Of a DNA stretch of 64,000 nt, positions 24,616 to 36,741 are shown piece after piece (positions within the stretch are counted from its first letter, which is position 1; each line of letters starts with the position of its first letter). The stretch comes from Naegleria gruberi (taxonomy: Eukaryota). The notes below the pieces were generated by a model. That model worked only from the letters and a program-made list of their open reading frames with translations. It did no database searches and was not told the origin of the DNA. The position numbers and the translations under genes were made by a program. The stretch lies in the NCBI GenBank assembly GCA_000004985.1, contig GG738865.1; one strand, 5' to 3'.

Positions 24616-25499
24616 TTACTCAATTTCAGCATTTTGTTGGAACTTGTTAAAGGTTTTACTGTCGAAAAACCATGGTTGTAGTTGGAGCAATATTTCTACA
24701 AGCTTAATAGGAGTTAGTTTGAGTGTCTTATTCTGCTTAATAAATTCAGTTGCTTCTTCCCCATAAATAAAAGATTCATCTACACCAAAGGAGGCCAAGC
24801 ATCCATGATTCAAACTCATTGACCATTGAGTGCTATCTGAATCCCCTTCGTCATATCCTTCAAAATTAAATTTTGTTTTTCCAATCTTTCCTTCCAAATA
24901 AAAATTCTTTCTAAAATCTCCTACCACAACCACTTCACTACTGTGAAGAGTAAACTTGGAAAATATCTCATCTTGAATTGCTGGTTTAGTCTTTGTATCA
25001 TTGTATTTATCCAAAAACATATCCCACTTTTTGAATAGTTGATTTTTGACAGTCTGTTGAGCATCCAAAAATTCCTTCTTCCCCTTCACATAATTGGCAA
25101 CATCTTCAAATTGAATACGTGTTTTTTCTTCAGGTGTTTGCTTCTTTTCTTCTTCATCCTCATCGATGTGAATTTTCTTTTTCTTTAATGACTTGTTTTT
25201 ATGATCTTTTGCATGATCATTATCCGATCGAACTGATTTTCATTAATTATAATATTGTTAGAACGATATATTACAATCTATTTACCTCTCTTGTATTTTG
25301 ATCCTGAGAGTAAATCTTTCTTTTGTAATTCATGAAAGATCATTCTCTTGATTCTTGTGGCGAACAAATCGTTATGTTTCATGTAAATTTCCTTGTAACA
25401 ATATTGTGATGTGAGGGAGAAATTCAAGAGGGTATCTTCCAAAGAGCAAAAGTCTGCTATCGTCAGGAAAAGCTCGTTGGGCAAGGTTGTGAGAGACAT
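24616..25499 (-). CDS. F-box protein with a C-terminal conserved domain; complement(join(24616..25232,25286..25499)) with a 53-nt intron
   Basis: N-terminal F-box LTTLPNELFLTIADFCSLEDTLLNFSLTSQYCYKEI. GTAAAT...AATCAG intron in phase 1 joins in frame to KIHIDEDEEE...VKGKKEFLD... ATG at 25499 (minus). Confidence 0.6.
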
Positions 25500-25568
25500 T
25501 TTTTTATTTTGAAAATCCACCACTTTGTAGAAGTTGATTTTTACAATGGCACGTTTTCATGTTCATCA

Positions 25569-28500
25569 TTATTTCCTCTCATGTTCGTGGAGAATAGATT
25601 GGATGAATAATTCCTTCTTAGTTTTTCCCGGTGTTGGCAATAACCAGGAGACATCACAGAATTTGTCAGAGTTTAGTGACCTACTCTCGTTCATGGATAG
25701 CATTGCAATTTCATATGCTGTGAGACCGAATGAATTTACCAAATCCTTATTGGCTCCATATTTTTCAAAGAGTAGTTTTCCAACACTGAATAATAATGGG
25801 AATGGAAACTCAGCAAGTATATGCAATACACTATTGAGATCATGATTCAAAATATTGATAATGTTTGGTTGTTTTTGAACAATTTTCTCAAAAACTTCTA
25901 TTTTTGAATCTATTGGCTCTTCAGTTGATTTTTCAGCGAGAATGTGTAAACAAGTATTTCCCCAACTATCTTGATGTAAAAGTTGAGAAGGTGTCATTAC
26001 TTCAATGGCATACAACATGAAAATGGAAGGAAGTGCATGTAAATGGTGTAGAATAGTTGCTGTTTGAGGTACTAATCTAGATTTTGTTATTGCTTCATCA
26101 AGAATTGTTGGGTTAACTTTTGTTTCTAGATCTGTGATACCTTCACGATACATCATTCTCATCAATTCTTTTCTTCTTTCGAATTTGGTCTCATATTCAA
26201 ACATTTTACCAGGAGATTCTTCGACTAACTCAGTAGCAGTATTCATAAGTGTGATTGAATATGTTTTGAATGATTGTGTGGGATAGGACATTACGAATAC
26301 CTCATTGAAATTTGGGAAAACATGTTGTCCTAGTGTTAGTAAGGCCTCCACATATTCAGAATGTTTAGTCTTGATGAATAATACTAAATATGAGAAAAGC
26401 TTGTCCAATGTGAATGCCAGTTTTCGTTGTTTGTGTTGTGGATGCCCTTTTGGCTTGCATAAATAATAGAAAAATAGTTGAATGGTTTTGTAATTTCTAT
26501 TGGTGGATAGTTCAAAACTGTCCTCATTCGATAGTGGTATACTTCTTTCTACTGACTCAATTGTTTCCTTATCAGTGAATAAATTCAAATGGTGTTCCAA
26601 AAATCCAATGAACAAATCGAGCTCCGCATTTTCATAATACAGTTTGGCAAGAAACAACTTGATAAAAAGCAAGATATGCTTTGAAACAATAGTAAGTCCT
26701 GTTTCGTTCCTTTCCAATAATTGGAAAAGGGCTGTCTTTTCAAAGTCGTTAGGATTTGATATTAAATCAAGCCCGCAATAAAGGTCAAGGATGAATCCTT
26801 CGTTATAATTTAAGCTGTTTGATGGTTTTACAATTGGTGTGTTTGACAATTTTCTTCTATAGCTAAAGTATTCCTTTTGTACTCTTACATCTTCTGAATA
26901 GTTTTGGAAAGAATAAATAAAGTATGATTCCAAGAATCCCCTTTCCAAAAAGTAATCTGCCATTTCTTTCGATTTATCCAAACTCAAGTTTTTAACAATA
27001 TCTGTAACCAGTTCAGGATACCTCACCAAGTCAATATCTATCTCTCTTTCTAATTTTTCAATTTCATGTTGATCGAGCTCGTTAATGGAAGCAATAACTA
27101 TGTTTAAGCAGTTATCTTCAGGTTTAGTATTTTCAAATAAAGGGCTGCTGTTCAAAGGTTCTCCTTCAACAGTATCTTCACTTGTTATTATTTTGGTATT
27201 CCCATTAAGTGCCTTAACTTGAATTTTTTTCAATTCATATGAAAGGGTCTTGCTGACATCATGATAATTAATTGATGTATTTTGTAGGATAGCTGTTGCA
27301 ACAGTTTGATGTTGATTACGTGCCATCCTAATAGCTATTCTAAGATCTTTCATATTGGGGAAATGTGAACAAAGTAATTCTGTCTCATCTTTTACAGTGT
27401 AAACATATCTTCCATAAAACAATAAGTTGACCTTTTCAACACTATTTCCAAATGAAGGACTAGCTGCACTCTTTACGCTCTCATCAAAATTAGCATTCTC
27501 CTTTGAAAAAAGTGATAGGTAGCCAAAATTGTTATCTCTTCTTCGTCTGCTAACGTTAACATTCCTCAATATAGAATGGAAGAGGTTCAAATTAAAGTCT
27601 ACAAATGTAATTTCTGTAAGTTCATTCTTTGTGAATTTCTTTGAGAGTAACAATTCTTTGTTTAAATCTTGGGGGATTTCTTTTCCATTCTCAAGTACTA
27701 AATGTAAAATAAGATGATTGTATGGATTTCCATTGGAAGACAATATTAACGATTTGAATATTGTAATGTTGTCATCATAAATTGAGCTAAATAATTCTGG
27801 TAATTCTCTTCTTAATTTTCGTCGCATTAAAATGTTAAAATAATTCTCTTTAAAGTAATTGGTACTTGGCAATGGAACTATGAAAGGTAGTTTTGCATTG
27901 GGGAATAAAGTTTCTAACTCCTTAAACTTGGTTTTTTCAAATGAATTGTTATCAAGCTCCAAAGTGATGTCATCCATTGGAATTTCTTTAAATAATTTTA
28001 CAATATATCACACGTTAAAGTACCCCTTACCTTTGAATTCAAAAGATTTGTTTTGATATGCTCTTATTTTGTATTCTTTCATCTTTTCTTCTAAATCCTC
28101 TCTCAGAACTAAACTTTCAATACTGAACCTAATTGTGCCAACAACATCAGCGTCTATATCTTGAATATAATCTTCCTCGCTTTCAGCAATAGCTGGTTTT
28201 GGAATATATTCTGGTTCCACAAAAAGATTGCCAAACTCCTCAGTATCGTGATTTTGATAAATTGGTTCTTTTTTCTCTTCTTCAAAACCTTCCAACTCTT
28301 CTTGAACAGAGAGATTTCTAAAACTGGAATAGAAAGCAATGCTTGAATTAAAATACAATAAACCAGCCCTTGTAGAATAAGTTGTAATATTATTCACCTC
28401 AACATAACATGATTGTAAACATGAATAAATCTTTGGAAAATACTGATAGATATCAATATTCTCAATATTATTAATCTTTCCAGAAACAAACTTTCGTTTG

Positions 28501-29289
28501 GTATTGATAAATGAAAGTAAGTAAGCCACTTTTACCAAGTTCTGTAATACGTTTGGAGTTGGGCTAATTCCAAATATTTTTGCCAAGTTGAGTGAATCTA
28601 ATTCCATCAACTTTTTTTGCATTCTATTGTTAAATTCTTTGGAAATAATTCTGTATTTGTGATATGTAACAAATGCTGAATCTTTTACCTGGCAATCTAT
28701 TGCTAAATCATCAGGAAATAATTCAGACCACAATTTGAGATCATACTCTTTAACAATTCTTGATGTTGAAGGTATCATTGAAATGATCCTAAACTTGATA
28801 TCAAATGGTAACTTTGTGACTAATTCGAATATGCATGAAAATGCATCTTCTGTTTCATCCACTCTTTTCTTTTCAACTGTTTCTCGTCTTTTTCTTTGAT
28901 CTTGATTAATCCAAATTCTAGCCAAAGGTGTCAATTTTCCACCCTCCTCAGCATGAAAATCATACGTTGATCGATACGAATCAGCAGACTGATAATGATC
29001 ATCATGAATTAAATTATTTTGAATATTTACCTTCTCGGAAACTTTAGGAAACTTTGCAAAGCCTAAATTGTAACTATCATCCACATAACTATCATATTCT
29101 TGTCGATTAGCTACACTTTTAGGTACTATTTAATTTTCAAATGATCATCAATTACAATAATAATAAAGATCAAAAATTACCTCTTGATGAGGGTTGATAG
29201 AGTTTTTCATCACCCACACGATCATGAATAAAATCCATCCACTTGTGTATGGAATCAAGATCAAGCGAGAAGGGAGAATTGCTGTCCAT
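25569..29289 (-). CDS. Large hypothetical protein (about 1190 aa) with C-terminal ankyrin-like repeats; complement(join(25569..27985,28031..29125,29181..29289))
   Basis: Three exons joined by 45-nt and 55-nt GT-AG introns with consistent phases. C-terminal repeats CLHILAEKS...SVLHILAE...TAYEIAM. The N-terminal two-thirds have no recognisable domain. Confidence 0.6.
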
Positions 29290-29384
29290 TTTTTGATGTT
29301 GATTTCTGCATATACATTACACAAAAGGTACCTCAAGAGGATAGAGAAATAACATTTGATAAAGATTTAATAATCTTAATGTAA

Positions 29385-29455
29385 GCATTAGTAGTGTAAC
29401 GGTATCATACCAGCCTTCCAAGCTGGTGACCCGGGTTCGACTCCCGGCTAATGCA
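29385..29455 (+). tRNA. tRNA-Gly (anticodon UCC), 71 nt
   Basis: GCATTAGTAGTGTAACGGTATCATACCAGCCTTCCAAGCTGGTGACCCGGGTTCGACTCCCGGCTAATGCA. It has a 7-bp acceptor stem GCATTAG/CTAATGC, anticodon loop CTTCCAA and T-arm GGGTTCGACTCCC. It matches the eukaryotic tRNA-Gly(UCC) consensus with no intron. Confidence 0.92.
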
Positions 29456-29460
29456 GTTAC

Positions 29461-29465
29461 TTTTT
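29461..29465 (+). terminator. Pol III terminator T-run (TTTTT) 5 nt downstream of the tRNA-Gly
   Basis: A run of 5 T immediately after the tRNA 3' end. Eukaryotic tRNA genes are terminated by oligo-T. Confidence 0.55.
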
Positions 29466-29829
29466 ATTTTGCTTCACATTTAAATAATAAAGTTTATGAC
29501 GGTGCTTCGTATCTCTTTTTAAGAAACAATAGAAAGCTTCATTTTGTGCAGGAAAGAAATTCACAATTTCATAGTTTTCTACATGATATAGCACTCATTG
29601 TAATCTGTGTTAAAGTAGTATGCAAATTATCTTTCCAACGAGTGTAACATTCTTAAGAATCAATGCTCTGCCAAGGTCACCAAATTTGCTTTTCAAAACC
29701 CTGTAAGATCCCCACAAGATGTCTGGTTTATTGTCAACTTGAGGGCAGTCAATGTATTTTGCAAGTTTTTTATTCCTTTCTCAATAAATTTTAAATATTC
29801 CTTTTTTACATATTGATATTGTACAAGAT

Positions 29830-31878
29830 TTATTTTAATACGACATCTCCATCAAAGTAAATGTTTGTCATGAATGTAGAGTGTTTTCTATTGATAAGAC
29901 TCTTTTCTTCTTCAAGTTGTTTCTTTGAGGCATAAAGTTCAACAAGTACATCATCAGTCTTAGAGAGTTCTGTAACATACTTGGCTTGTTGTTGCACATT
30001 ACTCTTCAATACATCAATGTTACTTCTCAATCTGGATTGGTTTTCTTGGCATTCTCTAATTTCTGTATCAATTTTATAAATACGTTTCATAATTTCTGAA
30101 GATTCACTTGCCATTCTAATAGACTCTCCTAAAGCAACGATAGTTTCTGAACTGTTGATATATTTTTGATTTGCCTCCAAGGTATCTTGACTAAGCCCAT
30201 TGATTTCAATAGTTTGAATCTGGATAGCCTTCTCAGTAACTTTGAACTTTTTCTTTTCCTTTGGACCAAGACTTCCCCTAAGTCTGTAATATCTATCTGT
30301 AATATCGACAGGCTCGTTACAGTCAAATCCTGAAACTGATTCCAAATCCCAACCATCAATAAACATGTGATCAACAAACACCTCAGGGAATGATTCGTTG
30401 GACTTGTTGTCAAATGAGTATTCAATAGTTTGCTTCTTGTATCTATAAAGAGATATTGTTCCATTCTTAACTAATACATGATGGAATTCTGTTTGACTAG
30501 TGTTGAAATCTTTCAAAACTTCGATGCCCAGTTGAACAGAAATTGGGATAAGATTTTCATCTTGATTCCACATTTGGTTAATGGTTGCTTCACCAACAGC
30601 TAAATCCCTTTCATCTCTGAAAACAATTGAGCCTTCTTCTAAAACATATCCTGTACTATTTTGGAAAACAATGGCACTAAGAGGATTTCCCTTCTTGATG
30701 TTTTCGTTAAAGAGAAGCACTGGCTTGACATCCAATTCCTTTTTCAAAAAGGTGATCATAGCCCTTTGGTTTCTTTTAACATTGATAGGACACTCTATTG
30801 GGAAGAATGACAAGTTATGAGCTGTAGCAATTCTAAAAGCCTTATTTGTTGATGAAGAATCTGACCCAGATGCTCTATCATTATTAGCAACATTAACACT
30901 ACTTCCATTTTCAATATTGTAATCAGCTAAGGTTCTTCCTTCATCCAAAACTTTACCAGAAAATACCAATTTAATGCTTGAGTAAGAAGTACCTTGATAT
31001 TGAGAAACTTTTCTTTTAACTTGATCAATCAATGTAACTGGACTAAATCTAAGACTGAAAGATCCTCCACCAACAGATCTGAAATTAATTGTGATAGATC
31101 CTTCAGATTCAACATTATCAACAATAGATGGAGAACCAGTGACAAGTGTCAAGAGGACATTTTCATAATCTTCTTCTTGATCATTCTCAATCAAAGCAAG
31201 GCATTCAATAGTACCTTTAGTGTGCTCAGTATTCAAGAATTTGAATCGGTATGATGGTTTCCAAGATTTGCTCATTAAGTTATAGTTTGCCTTGACCAAA
31301 TATGGAGAATTACCTTGAGTAAAAACTGAAAGCTTGAATAAATCCTTATTTCTTTGACTGATGTAAGATTCCAAACTGTGTTGAATGAAACCTTGAATAT
31401 TTTGATCATTAAATTTGATTCCGGAAATATTAGACATGACAAATGTTTGAAGACTTGACTTGTTTGTGTAGACAGTCAAGGAAGGAACACTAACTTTGTT
31501 AGCACTGTCCATTATTTCCTCGATACCAAGAAGAATACCAGAAATTACTTCACTACTGCCATGGAATGACAAACTGATTGATGTACCCTTTAAATTCTCA
31601 AGCAAACCAGTCAATGGAGTTGATTGAGGAATATCAATAGTGAGTTTATCAGTTTCTCCCTTTGTATTTTGGTAAGAAATGCTCTTGACATCACAAGATC
31701 CATTCTCAGAACAAGGTACAGTACCAAAAGAAATTGATTTTGTCACATCATCATATGTTGAATTCTTAAAGAAGAGAACTAATTCCGTATCTCCTTGCAC
31801 TTCCTTGCTAACACGTTCAAAGGATGCAAGTCCATTGTTATAGAGAGTAATCTTCTTAAGAGGGATTTGTTGAGACAT
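29830..31878 (-). CDS. Hypothetical protein (about 680 aa) with an internal ubiquitin-like domain and a C-terminal coiled coil
   Basis: Single ORF. ITINFRSVGGGSFSLRFSPVTLIDQVKRKVSQYQGTSYSSIKLVFSGKVLDEGRTLADYNIENGSSVNV resembles a ubiquitin fold. The heptad-rich C-terminus is ...LRSNIDVLKSNVQQQAKYVTELSK... The start is ATG 31878, or alternatively the upstream ATG at 31920. Confidence 0.55.
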   Translation of the reverse strand: MSQQIPLKKITLYNNGLASFERVSKEVQGDTELVLFFKNSTYDDVTKSISFGTVPCSENGSCDVKSISYQNTKGETDKLTIDIPQSTPLTGLLENLKGTSISLSFHGSSEVISGILLGIEEIMDSANKVSVPSLTVYTNKSSLQTFVMSNISGIKFNDQNIQGFIQHSLESYISQRNKDLFKLSVFTQGNSPYLVKANYNLMSKSWKPSYRFKFLNTEHTKGTIECLALIENDQEEDYENVLLTLVTGSPSIVDNVESEGSITINFRSVGGGSFSLRFSPVTLIDQVKRKVSQYQGTSYSSIKLVFSGKVLDEGRTLADYNIENGSSVNVANNDRASGSDSSSTNKAFRIATAHNLSFFPIECPINVKRNQRAMITFLKKELDVKPVLLFNENIKKGNPLSAIVFQNSTGYVLEEGSIVFRDERDLAVGEATINQMWNQDENLIPISVQLGIEVLKDFNTSQTEFHHVLVKNGTISLYRYKKQTIEYSFDNKSNESFPEVFVDHMFIDGWDLESVSGFDCNEPVDITDRYYRLRGSLGPKEKKKFKVTEKAIQIQTIEINGLSQDTLEANQKYINSSETIVALGESIRMASESSEIMKRIYKIDTEIRECQENQSRLRSNIDVLKSNVQQQAKYVTELSKTDDVLVELYASKKQLEEEKSLINRKHSTFMTNIYFDGDVVLK

Positions 31879-32210
31879 TTTTTTTGTTGTTATGATCAAC
31901 ATCTTCGCAAGTAAGTTCATTCTCCTTTTGTAGGCCCAAATGTTAGTGCTTGTGTATGCGATGAACTACAAATGTTGCGCTTGGTGTTGGGGTTGGAACT
32001 CATTACAAAATTGTGCCAAGACAAATGGGTCATCTTTAAAGATAGGATCATCTTTTAAATGATAATAAAATCCTCTTCGCTTACTCCTCTCGAATATTTA
32101 AGGATCGCCAAATTTCGATCTCTTTAGAGAAAATTTACGTTTTGCTTTTTTTTAAAATTGGTGTTTCCTCATCAACATTTGCATCCTCATACAATAAATC
32201 AACAATAAAA

Positions 32211-32795
32211 ATGTCAAATAGTGAAAGCGGATCAAAAATAGAGTTAGAATTTGAGGTTGTTCAAAATGGTATTTATGGTAAGAAGGATTTCAGAGATGCT
32301 CTCATTTTGCAATCGTAAGTGTTGTTATGTGGAAGTTGTTGTGTGTTGAAAATATTTATCATCATCATGGAATAGAGCAAAGGATTGTCCAAGTGTAGCA
32401 ATCAAAAAGGAAGTAGAAACACACACTAATTTTGATACACACGTGTTGGTTTATGTTTCATCAGGAAATAAACCAACTGGTGGATATAGTGTTGTAGTAA
32501 AGAAAGCACAATATGATTCCGAAAAGAAGGCAATTGTTGTGCACGCAAAGGTAAGATCAAATTGTTGCTGCTTTTCAAATATATTAATAATATTAATATT
32601 TATTCCGTCGTTTGATATCAAACTTATGAATACCTGAAAATATAGGATGCTGAACCAAAGGATTCCTGTGCAACAATGGCTTTGACTGTGCCATTTTCTG
32701 TCATTCGTGTAAAGAAACTTGAACATCCATTTGAAAAGGTAAAGCTCAGATGGATGAAAAAGAAATCATCAAGCCACGAAAGTCAGCACGAATAA
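32211..32795 (+). CDS. Small protein (about 142 aa) resembling the bacterial PrcB C-terminal (TGGY) domain; join(32211..32314,32376..32550,32646..32795)
   Basis: Three short exons joined by GTAAGT...ATAG (62 nt) and GTAAGA...TATAG (95 nt) introns with consistent phases. The product contains ...VLVYVSSGNKPTGGYSVVVKKAQYDSEKKAIVVHAKDAEPKDSCATMALTVPFSVIRVKK. The domain assignment is from memory and tentative. Confidence 0.45.
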
Positions 32796-32923
32796 AGCAA
32801 AATAAATTTGTATTTTAATTTTACTTGTGAGATTGTTTTACACCCAATGTAATATCGTCAAAAGTTTGTTCATCTTGTACGTTAAAATGTTGTTATTATT
32901 GTGTTTATGATGAAAAATCCAAT

Positions 32924-33265
32924 TTAATCTTCAGCAACTTCTCCGAGGAAGACTCTTCTCAAGACCATGTTGGAGTGTGGGAGCAAAGCGTACCAAGCCC
33001 AGAAACCTAATGAAACACCCCAGAAAGCACCAGACTTAGCTCTAGGAGTCCAGACAGCTGTAGCGTTCTTCAAAAATCCAAAATAGTGCTTTGGGTACAA
33101 TGACTTTCCTTGCAAAGCATAGACTGGAAGACGGGAACCAGAAACAGATGAAACAGATGATGATTTAGCAACTTCTCCAGCAAAGACAGAGACTGGAGTG
33201 TGGTGAGGGACATCATGAACAATAACGTCCTTTGGCAAGGAGGTGGAGCCAATATTAATTTTCAT
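32924..33265 (-). CDS. Small protein (113 aa) with one hydrophobic Trp-rich helix; possibly a mitochondrial membrane or respiratory-complex accessory subunit
   Basis: ORF with locally higher GC than its surroundings. SGAFWGVSLGFWAWYALL is a hydrophobic segment. No confident family assignment. Confidence 0.4.
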   Translation of the reverse strand: MKINIGSTSLPKDVIVHDVPHHTPVSVFAGEVAKSSSVSSVSGSRLPVYALQGKSLYPKHYFGFLKNATAVWTPRAKSGAFWGVSLGFWAWYALLPHSNMVLRRVFLGEVAED

Positions 33266-33406
33266 TTTTTTTTGTTGTTTACAAAATTTACTCCTTTTGG
33301 TCTACTGGAGGAGAATTATTCATTTGAAAGATAGAACAATTGTGCATTCATTTCAGATTGTTTGAAATTTTCAACACTTTTAAACAGTACATCCAATAAT
33401 TATTTA

Positions 33407-34657
33407 TTAAAATAAATTATCATTGTGCATACTTTTAATGATTGGTGGAATGAGCGATTGTGACGACTTGTCGTAATCTATACTGAGCAGTGGATGTTGA
33501 TTCTTAATGTTGCAGTCTGCTAACCAATCTGGTACAGCATTATTGGTTTTGATAAGATGCATTTTGAATAGTTTAGAGCTAGAAAGATTTTTGAGTTTTT
33601 CCCTAATCACCTTTTCAGAATGGTCATGTTTCTCCCTCTTTATCTTATTCTTGTTATCCATATCTATGCTCCACTGAGATGGATGTAAGAACCATCTCTG
33701 TCCAAAATTTTGGGCTTTCTTTCTTTTTTGAACCAAGAATTCCTGTTCATGATTTGTCCTCGTAATAGACGTTATTTTCGTTTCCTCTTCTTCATCTGAT
33801 GAGTCTCTACCATCATCCAATCTTCTCTTATAATCCAGATAATCACTGTCTTCAACATACAGCTCTTCATCCTCAACTAAATCAGCAGGAAAATCAATGG
33901 TTTCTTTCATCTCTTGTTCCAAAGGGTGTAGCGAACAATAGGATGGAACTAAATCATCTCCACCTTCATCTGAAGATCCTCTTGATCCATTTTCATCCTC
34001 ATTATCAATTGGAGAAGGCCTTTTATTTCCTGAACCCATTGCAGACAGGTTTCCTCCAGAGCCTTGCCTCCTCATTAATCTTGGTAAAGAAATTTTCCTC
34101 TCAAATGATTGTTCTTGACCCTTTTCAATTCCTATATTATTGTACATTTTAATATCTCGCTCTCTAAGTATTTCCTCAACTTCATTCTGTTTGTGTCCAA
34201 ATTTTTCTCTATGTTTTGCTAGAACATTTGACATTGTTTCAGATATTGCAAATCTATCTTTCACAATAGGTGAAACAGGATGATAAGTCTCATCCTCTTC
34301 TCTTTTTTCTCTAATGTTATGTTCAATTTCTTGAAATAAAACCTGTTGTTTCAAAATTCTTTCATTCTTTAATTGCAAAATACCTTTCTTTTCTCTTGCA
34401 GAAATCGAACCAGATTGATCCAAGGAGGTGTCCATATAACTTTCTTCTTGATCTATTTGTTCTTCATCCATATTATAAAACCTCCAATTCTTTGAAGCTA
34501 ATTTTCTCTGAGGTACTTTTTCCGATTTATGTTTCTTCTCTATGAGTGCTGTTCGTTGCTTTGGTATTTCAAGCGATGACTTTGCCTGATTATGCCTTAC
34601 ATGCCCCGATGTTGGAATATCTTCAATTGGTGATTTTCCAAGGTAAAAGAGAGACAT
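33407..34657 (-). CDS. Hypothetical highly charged (K/E/D/R-rich) protein, 416 aa
   Basis: Single long ORF with an acidic DEEEE cluster and basic patches. No recognisable domain. Confidence 0.5.
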   Translation of the reverse strand: MSLFYLGKSPIEDIPTSGHVRHNQAKSSLEIPKQRTALIEKKHKSEKVPQRKLASKNWRFYNMDEEQIDQEESYMDTSLDQSGSISAREKKGILQLKNERILKQQVLFQEIEHNIREKREEDETYHPVSPIVKDRFAISETMSNVLAKHREKFGHKQNEVEEILRERDIKMYNNIGIEKGQEQSFERKISLPRLMRRQGSGGNLSAMGSGNKRPSPIDNEDENGSRGSSDEGGDDLVPSYCSLHPLEQEMKETIDFPADLVEDEELYVEDSDYLDYKRRLDDGRDSSDEEEETKITSITRTNHEQEFLVQKRKKAQNFGQRWFLHPSQWSIDMDNKNKIKREKHDHSEKVIREKLKNLSSSKLFKMHLIKTNNAVPDWLADCNIKNQHPLLSIDYDKSSQSLIPPIIKSMHNDNLF

Positions 34658-34915
34658 TTTACTTTGATTTTAATATGATTATGTAAATGTATGTTTTCCT
34701 ACTGAGTGTTCTTCATATTCTAATGACCAGCATTGAGGTTGAGGTTTTTTTTGCAAATGAAATTTTACTGGTTGCGAATTATTATTTACAGTATGTGCAG
34801 ATCAGAACTCTGAATTGTTCCTCATCACGAATTTAATTAGTAATTAATTAATCAAAATATCAAAATCAAATAGCATAAAAATCTAAATTACTAACATATG
34901 ATATTCTCTTAAAAA

Positions 34916-36643
34916 ATGATTTCAAGAAATGGCTCGGATCAACAAAAAATTAGTAAATCATTAAATTCCATTGAACATGATGATGCAGATGAAGAATATT
35001 ATAATGATATTATTGAATTATCTCCGAGTGAATTCATTTCCAAGTATATTGATGATTCAATTTATTTTAATGATGATGCTGTTGATGATTTTAATTCAAT
35101 GGGAATAGAAGAACCAAAAAGAAAAGCAAATTTTCATGATGTTTCAACAGATGTATTGTGTTATATTATTTTGACTTATCTGGATTGGAAGACTGTCTTT
35201 TCAAGTTGCTTGTCTGTGAGCAAGGAGTTTTTCAGAAGAATTGCAAATAATAGACTATTATTTATTAATTTATTTAATGAATTGTTTGTGATGAAACAGG
35301 AAGAAATTGATAGCTTGACATTTAATAGTACATTTAAACACAAAAACTGTCATGTGGAAGATATTGCTCAATATGCAGGGTTTGGAATACCTAATGAACA
35401 TTATCATTTTTGTAGAGATTACGATTATGAGTGGCCAAATCAATCTGAATTTAATGAAATGCACAAGCTTCTAAAAAAGCATTATGTCAATAACAGTAGA
35501 ATGACTGATGCAAAATTGAGATTAATTAGAGAAAGGTGGAATAATGCTATTTCTGTCTATAAAAAGAGTAAGAATATGAAACGAACCACATCTAAAAAGG
35601 AAGAAAACCAAGCTTTACTAAATCTCATCAAGAGAATTATCAAGGATAGATTATTTATGAGAAAGTTCTTTAATAAGGATTTGAAATCAGTGAAAATATG
35701 TCATCTTCACTATTCCCATTTCGTCAAACATGAGAGGTTGGGTTATGAGGAAGCAAGAAATAGATCTGCTAATCAACTTCCATTGAAAGATCAGGTAGAG
35801 CATCTAGTTAATGGAGAAGGCCCATATGAAATGTTTGAGCTCGAGGAAATAGTTATTGGAAACCTCAATAGTGTTTATAATCCTACAGATGAATTTATAC
35901 GTTGTTTTAAAAATTATTCATATGCAGATAGCGAAGGAATAGTTTCGTTTTTAGCGAGTAAGTTTTATTAGAATTAAAATCATTAACAATATCAAGATGA
36001 CATACCCGACAGACAAAAAATGATTTCGACAATCTCAACATATGATATTGAACCAATATTCACAACTTTCCCAAATTTGAAAGCATTTGTGAGTAGAGGT
36101 CACTTTGGAAACATCAGCCATATCAAAAGCATTAACTTGGTTGTGCTAATCTTAACAACAGGTGGCATGGATGCTTCAACATTGAATGGTATTTTAAATT
36201 GTGAATTCCCACAGCTTAAACATTTAGAGTTATGGTTTGGATCGTATGATTATGGAAATTCTATTCATGCAAATGATTTGGAAGAATTGCTTTCTCCTGA
36301 AGAAAATGGAAGATACCCGTTATTGGAATACTTTGGAATCCGTAACTCCCAAAATGTAGATCAGTTTTTAACACCAATAGCTAACTCTAACCTCTTGAAA
36401 AGATTGAGAATTCTTGACTTGTCTCTATGTGGCATGTCCACAACAGGACCTACATTTCTTGACTTCTCTAAAATGTTAGAGAAAAAAACAAGAAGCTCAT
36501 TTCCTCTATTGGAACTAGTAGATATCCATAGAAATTATATTACAAATCAGGATAGAGATGCCATTATTGAAATATTTGATAGACTTGGAATCATAGTTGA
36601 CGTCTCAATCATATATTACAGATATATTGCTGTCGGGGAATAA
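34916..36643 (+). CDS. F-box/leucine-rich-repeat protein; join(34916..35957,35997..36643) with a 39-nt intron
   Basis: F-box DVSTDVLCYIILTYLDWKTVFSSCLSVSKEFFRRI. The GTAAGT...ATCAAG intron is in phase 1. The second exon carries LRR-like LKRLRILDLSLCGMS. Confidence 0.65.
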
Positions 36644-36741
36644 TTTATAGTTAGATTCATATATAGTTGGTTAGGATTTTGGATTTTTTGTCACAGAATT
36701 GATGATGAAGATTATGAAGATTCATTTTCTACAGCAATGAT

